Of a stretch of DNA of 13,588 nt, positions 9,312-13,588 are shown piece by piece. This stretch comes from Paraspadella gotoi (Eukaryota; Animalia; Chaetognatha), in contig JBJCIZ010000607.1 of assembly GCA_051294375.1 (NCBI GenBank), positions 1 to 13,588 on the forward strand, written 5' to 3'. Positions within the stretch are counted from its first letter, which is position 1; each line of letters opens with the position of its first letter. The translations under genes and the position numbers were made by a program. The notes under the pieces were generated by a model. That model worked only from the letters and a program-made list of their open reading frames with translations, had not been told where the DNA came from and searched no databases.

Positions 9312-9347
9312 TGGTTTAAGGTTGGTTAGGGTTAGGGGTGGTTATGG
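9312..9347 (+). repeat. Short degenerate TTAGGG-like tract
   Basis: tggtttaaggttggttagggttaggggtggttatgg shares the words tggtttaaggtt and ttaggggtggtt with the minus strand of the MITE at 5788-5980. Confidence 0.6.
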
Positions 9348-9464
9348 ATTTATAATTAAAAGGGTTTTTTTACCCTTACCAGTATTTTTTTTTATTTTTG
9401 CGTATCGAGATTACTGATAAAACTTAAATAAGTGAATGGATGATAATTTAATTATAATAAGACA

Positions 9465-9769
9465 GACGCTGCAGTTGACGTTGCCGCTAGCCTTCGCGAG
9501 GTTTGACGGCCCGCCCGCCGGCAAAGTGTATAGATTCTCAGACCGTCATAGGTTCGGACGACGTCTTCGTCGATTTGCCGTCTCGGTTACAAGTCCCTCG
9601 AAAGGACACCAAGGATATACTCTGCATAGTCAACGATTCCGCGAAAGAAAACCCCGGTGTAAAAGACCTGCTACACAAACAGGCGGCCCGCGTCGATTCC
9701 TTCATCACAGTTGTCACGGAATTTAATCTAAATTGTATATTAAAATATTTATATTACTTGGTAAACTGA
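9465..9769 (+). pseudogene. GC/CpG-rich coding-like segment, probably a frameshifted exon or gene fragment of unknown family
   Basis: Sharp GC island in AT-rich flanks. Frame 9503-9769 (LTARPPAKCIDSQTVIGSDDVFVDLPSRLQVPRKDTKDILCIVNDSAKENPGVKDLLHKQAARVDSFITVVTEF...) has many G-starting and C-ending codons and a globular-protein composition. Upstream DAAVDVAASLREV (9465-9503) joins it by a 1-nt shift. No ATG in this frame. Confidence 0.4.
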
Positions 9770-9984
9770 AACTCGACTATAGAGGGAACACAAAAGTCGT
9801 GATTAATAAACCAGAGAACGAGTCCACCAATGCCCGCACCATTGAACTCATTCTCTTATATCCAAATTTTCTTTCAGCTCCGTAATTTCCGTTTTCTATT
9901 TGGCCCGGAACGAGGATTTCGGGTTTACCGTCGATTCCGTCGGACTAATGATTAGTACTACGTAGTTCAAATCTTATGTAGCCC

Positions 9985-10270
9985 ACTTTTTCGCTCGTTA
10001 AGCAACGAAAGTTGATCCCCCGGAACGCGGCTTTTTTTGTTCGTTTTTTGGTGATTACTTTTGAACGCGTGGACCGATTTTAATGAAATTTTTCTCTCAT
10101 ATATAGGGAAATTTAATACACCAAATTTGCACTGAAAAAGGCTAACAATATGCCGAAACAAGTGTTTTTTATCGTCGAAATCGCTTCGCGTTTGCGACGA
10201 TATTGTAAACGCTTTTGCGCATAATGGCGTCGTTCGGTCGTCGGCCGTTCCAAATTATAGTTCGCCTTTT
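9985..10270 (+). mobile_element. Possible Helitron/Helentron-type repeat fragment
   Basis: Contains attacttttgaacgcgtggaccgattttaatgaaatttt, which resembles a motif commonly seen in invertebrate non-autonomous rolling-circle elements. Boundaries are approximate. Confidence 0.35.
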
Positions 10271-10274
10271 TATG

Positions 10275-10780
10275 ATTAAATTTGGGTGTATGAACTGAAA
10301 AAATTATATACAGCTATGATCAATCGATGTGCTTAAAATTGATCAGGACAGGTTATTAAATGTTTTTCTCTTTTAATTATAGGAAATTTTATTTCATATC
10401 AATAATGATAAGTAGCATACATCAGCAACAAATAAAAAACAGAATTAAGAATTAACATGTTCGCATCTCTCTCTCTCTCTCTCTCTCTTTCTTCTTCCCC
10501 AGTGCTGATTCATCGGGAAAAAAACGAAATCTGCAGAGCTTATTCTTTTTCTCTCTTTTCTCTGCCTGCTTCTGCTGCTGACATTTTGATTTCTTTTCTT
10601 TGCAGTGGCTCTGCAGGGGCACTTTCTTTTTTCTTCGTCTGTTTCTCCTGCTGCGATCTGCTTGCTGATGCTGTGCCTTTTGATTTCTTTCTTGCAGCTG
10701 GCTCTGCAGGGGCTCTTTCTTTTCTCCTGCTGCCTTAACTGCCTTTTTGATTTCTTCTTCTCTCTCTTCTCTGCGTTTTT
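10275..10780 (+). repeat. Dispersed repeat family B, copy 1, with (CT)n and internal sub-repeats
   Basis: attaaatttgggtgtatgaactgaaaaaattatatacagct...atcgatgtgct and the aaaaaacg..ctgcag...ttttgatttctt...tggctctgca blocks recur at 12722-13077. The sub-repeat ttttgatttctt occurs at about 10584, 10678 and 10745. Confidence 0.9.
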
Positions 10781-11067
10781 ATTAAAAAAAAGATTGCATT
10801 AGATTGAAATCGTAAAAATTAGGCATTGCATTCTCGATGCATAGTTTACCATTTTGAATCGCTTTTTTTTTTCTTTTTTTTTTTCAGAAATTGTAACTTT
10901 AACTCTCTTATACTCATTGGTCTACATTTAAAGTAAATATTCGTCGTTCGATTATTAAATACTCAAAAAAATCATAATTATATATTAATAAATGAATATA
11001 AAATGTATTATTCATACATAAATTAATAAAAATTATTATTTATTTAAATATAAGTAAATATAATAAT

Positions 11068-11736
11068 AACAAGTTTTTGAGCAACCAATTGTCTGATCTG
11101 CCCACGATCATTATCGGTAATTATTAAATTATAAATAATTATTAAGTTAATTAATTTAATTAATAAATAAATTATTCAAGTTAATTTAATTTATTAAGTT
11201 AGGCAATTTATGTAATTAATTTATGATGACCCAAATTTTTGTTTTTAGGTTTTTCATCAAAAGACATGACAGAGAGAAATATGCCGATAACGATTGACTT
11301 TGGAATTGATTGACTTATTAATTTTAATTATTGATTAATTATTGATTAATTATCATCCTGCATATAATTTAAATATAAAAGGAAAAAGAAGCATAATCAA
11401 TTAATGAACAGGTTTTTTTTACCATTTAAACTCATTCCACCAGACAATTCCATCGAAACTTGTATTTCCAGCTTTAAATCACACACTTTCCTACCCACAT
11501 GACAATTCAAGGTCAATCACCTTCATCCACTCATGAGCAATAGGTTCAAATATAGTGAAATATATTTTTTTTGTTTTTTTCCATTTCAAACTCATTTCCA
11601 CTCGGATGATTCAATCTGAACTTTATAAATCAGCTCAATCACAACACTTCCCCTACCCACACACAAAATTCAATTCAAATCCATCCATCCATCACGAGTA
11701 ATTGGTGTTTTTTGGCTAAGGTGGGACAGATGGAAA
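11068..11736 (-). mobile_element. Helentron/HINE-like element, copy 2, with two ~159-bp central tandem repeats
   Basis: aacaagtttttgagcaaccaattgtctgatctgcccacgatcattatcggtaat matches 2679-2730. An inverted partner gtgggacagat lies at 11721-11731. Tandem units start ccattt at 11422 and 11581, each with ttcc(c)taccc, which also occurs once near 2966. Confidence 0.6.
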
Positions 11737-11809
11737 GACGGAAATCAATTTTTTTTTGCAATAATTTATCATAAATTCGATGTTTCTGACATGAATATAA
11801 GTGTGTGCT

Positions 11810-11897
11810 CCGACAATATTGAGGGGGCGGACCCGACACAGACACCGACAAAGTGAATTATAAGAGTCGGTTATCGAGCAAGACGTTCCGACTATAA
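11810..11897 (-). mobile_element. 5' end of a different HINE-like element (TT-subTIR, short inverted repeat, GTCT/GTCG-type simple repeat)
   Basis: The minus strand reads ttatagtcggaac...ccgact cttataattcactttgtcggtgtctgtgtcgg. Stem agtcgg (11865-11870) / ccgact (11888-11893). The other end was not found. Confidence 0.45.
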
Positions 11898-11951
11898 GTA
11901 ATTAATAAAATTAATACTGATTTAAATACAGCAACATTAAACTTTAAAGGG

Positions 11952-12095
11952 TCGAGCTGGGAGGAGGTGGGCTGTATCAAAATTTTTTTTGGAGCTGAAG
12001 TTGGAGCTGAAAAAATATAGGGTGGAAAGCGGATTTGGGAGCTGAAGGCTTAAAAAAATTTTTTTGGCCCTGGAGTTGGAGCGGGACTGGAGAAA
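11952..12095 (+). repeat. G-rich tract with reiterated GGAGCTG/GGAGTTG motifs, probably subterminal repeats of a DNA-transposon relic
   Basis: gagctg/ggagctgaa occurs four times, plus ggagttggagcggga, separated by aaaaattttt spacers. Confidence 0.45.
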
Positions 12096-12721
12096 AAATG
12101 GCCAGCAACAAAACCTGCCACAAGTATCAAATGTGAGAGGACAGGTTGAGGCAAGGACAAGATTGAGTGTGTTGTGAAAAGAAGTAAAAATGGTGCAAAC
12201 AGAGAGGAAGAGGTATAACATCGTATGAAACCTTAGAATGAATTTAATTAACAATATATATATTTATTATTTAACATCAGAGTGGAGATCTTCGTAACAT
12301 GCCCAGAGCAGTTTTTTTATTTTTTTTCAAAAGTTCGTTTTTTGAGAAATTTAATAGAAAAAAAAAAAATTTTTTTTGACGAAAATTTATTTAACAAAAA
12401 TTCAGGTACAACGTATTTAAAGGGCAAATAAGTAAAATATGTATTCATCGCTGATGCGCATTTTTCAAGACCTTTCAGATGAACCCATTCGCCATCATTT
12501 TAAGATAATTCATGTCACGTAGATAAGACAATAATATAATTAAGTCATAAATATAGTATCTACTCCTGTTGGTAATAAGTAAAATTAAAATAAGTTTAAA
12601 AGCTTTTTTGTAATTAACTAAATAAAGGAAAAATGAGAAAAACTAAAAAAAAAAATTAAATATATTTAACCTTTATTAATGATTACTCTGTTATTTGAAG
12701 CAAGTAAGTAAAAATTATATC

Positions 12722-13077
12722 ATTAAATTTTGGTGTATGAAGCTGAAAATTTATATACAGCTTTCTCATCATCGATGTGCTGAAAATTGAGTCCTGGAAC
12801 AGTTTTATTAAATATGTTTTGTTTTCGTTTTAATGCAAAACAGACAATTTCTCTTTTTTTATTTTTAAATTTCTTTCTCTCTCTCTTTTATCTTGCTAAC
12901 TAATCTCTTTCCCTCTCTCTTTTCCGAGTCAATGATTTCATAGGAGAAAAAAAACGAGTCTGCAGCTGGCTCTGCTCAGGGGCTTATTCTTATTCTCTCT
13001 TTTCTCCTGCTGCTTATTTTGCTGCGCCATTTTGATTTCTTTCTCCTACAGCTGGCTCTGCATGGGTATTTTCTTCT
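12722..13077 (+). repeat. Dispersed repeat family B, copy 2
   Basis: Colinear diverged match to 10275-10630. Confidence 0.9.
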
Positions 13078-13415
13078 TAGAATAGAAGTGGTTTTTTCAA
13101 TGGAGATTTTTTGTTTAAAATCTGACTACCGCTACAACAATGTAACGCCCTAGGAAAATTCTGGTAAAAATAGATTAAAAACACTCAATTCCAATCATGT
13201 TGGCATCTGAAGGGCTCATATTTTTTTTCTCTTGTCAAATTCCATCATTTGACAATCAAACTTCAAAATTCAAATGGACTGGTCACTCAGGAAAATATTT
13301 TTGGACGAGATTTTATATATAGGAAAATAAGGATTTCTCACTTCAATACAATTGTAAATGCCATTTAAGGTATGTTGTATTTTGCAATAAAACCGAGATT
13401 CGCAGGAATCCAATA

Positions 13416-13497
13416 GCCATATGTTCTGAAGGGCTCTAAAATTTTTCTTTATATTTTATTTTAATAAGATACGATCATGGTAAAGTGAATAGTCATT
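13416..13497 (+). repeat. Dispersed repeat family A, copy 2
   Basis: Matches 1493-1588. A related tctgaagggctca motif also occurs near 13206. Confidence 0.85.
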
Positions 13498-13588
13498 CTG
13501 TAGCAAGACCACTATCCTTTTATTTCCCGTGCTCTTTTCGATAAATTTGGTATCGCATCGATAAAATTCCCTCAGTTTTTTAAGTATT

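Noticed and set aside
9436-9726. ATG-initiated 96-aa Arg-rich ORF
   Set aside because: Its composition looks like an off-frame reading of the GC-rich segment; the overlapping 9503 frame has better codon structure.
10457-10802. Plus-strand hydrophobic ORFs (93 and 65 aa) resembling membrane or secreted proteins
   Set aside because: They arise from a CT-rich strand of repeat family B, and the start is not conserved in the second copy.
11937-12254. 105-aa minus-strand ORF
   Set aside because: F/L/S-rich antisense of a G/A-rich repeat tract, with no domain or splice support.

Overview
This is AT-rich, repeat-dense DNA that looks eukaryotic, probably invertebrate. The evidence is short GT..AG introns ending tttcag/tttacag, microsatellites, no obvious CpG depletion, and no operons or long ORFs. 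The taxon cannot be fixed from the sequence. Most of the window is a mosaic of non-autonomous transposon relics: palindromic MITEs, a hAT-like end, a TA-flanked Tc1/mariner-type MITE, Helentron/HINE-like elements with internal tandem repeats, a tRNA-Gly-like SINE and dispersed repeat families. Almost all ORFs in the supplied track look spurious. The most interesting part is 5.4-7.5 kb. It holds (i) a near-perfect 162-bp-arm fold-back that contains a stop codon and AATAAA, interrupted by a 193-bp MITE with an 8-bp TSD and telomere-like repeats; (ii) a candidate spliced micro-exon gene, absent from the ORF track, encoding a ~37-aa signal-peptide-like product; and (iii) a tRNA-headed element with a compact multi-stem RNA body. 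All family assignments come from structure seen by eye; no database searches were run.
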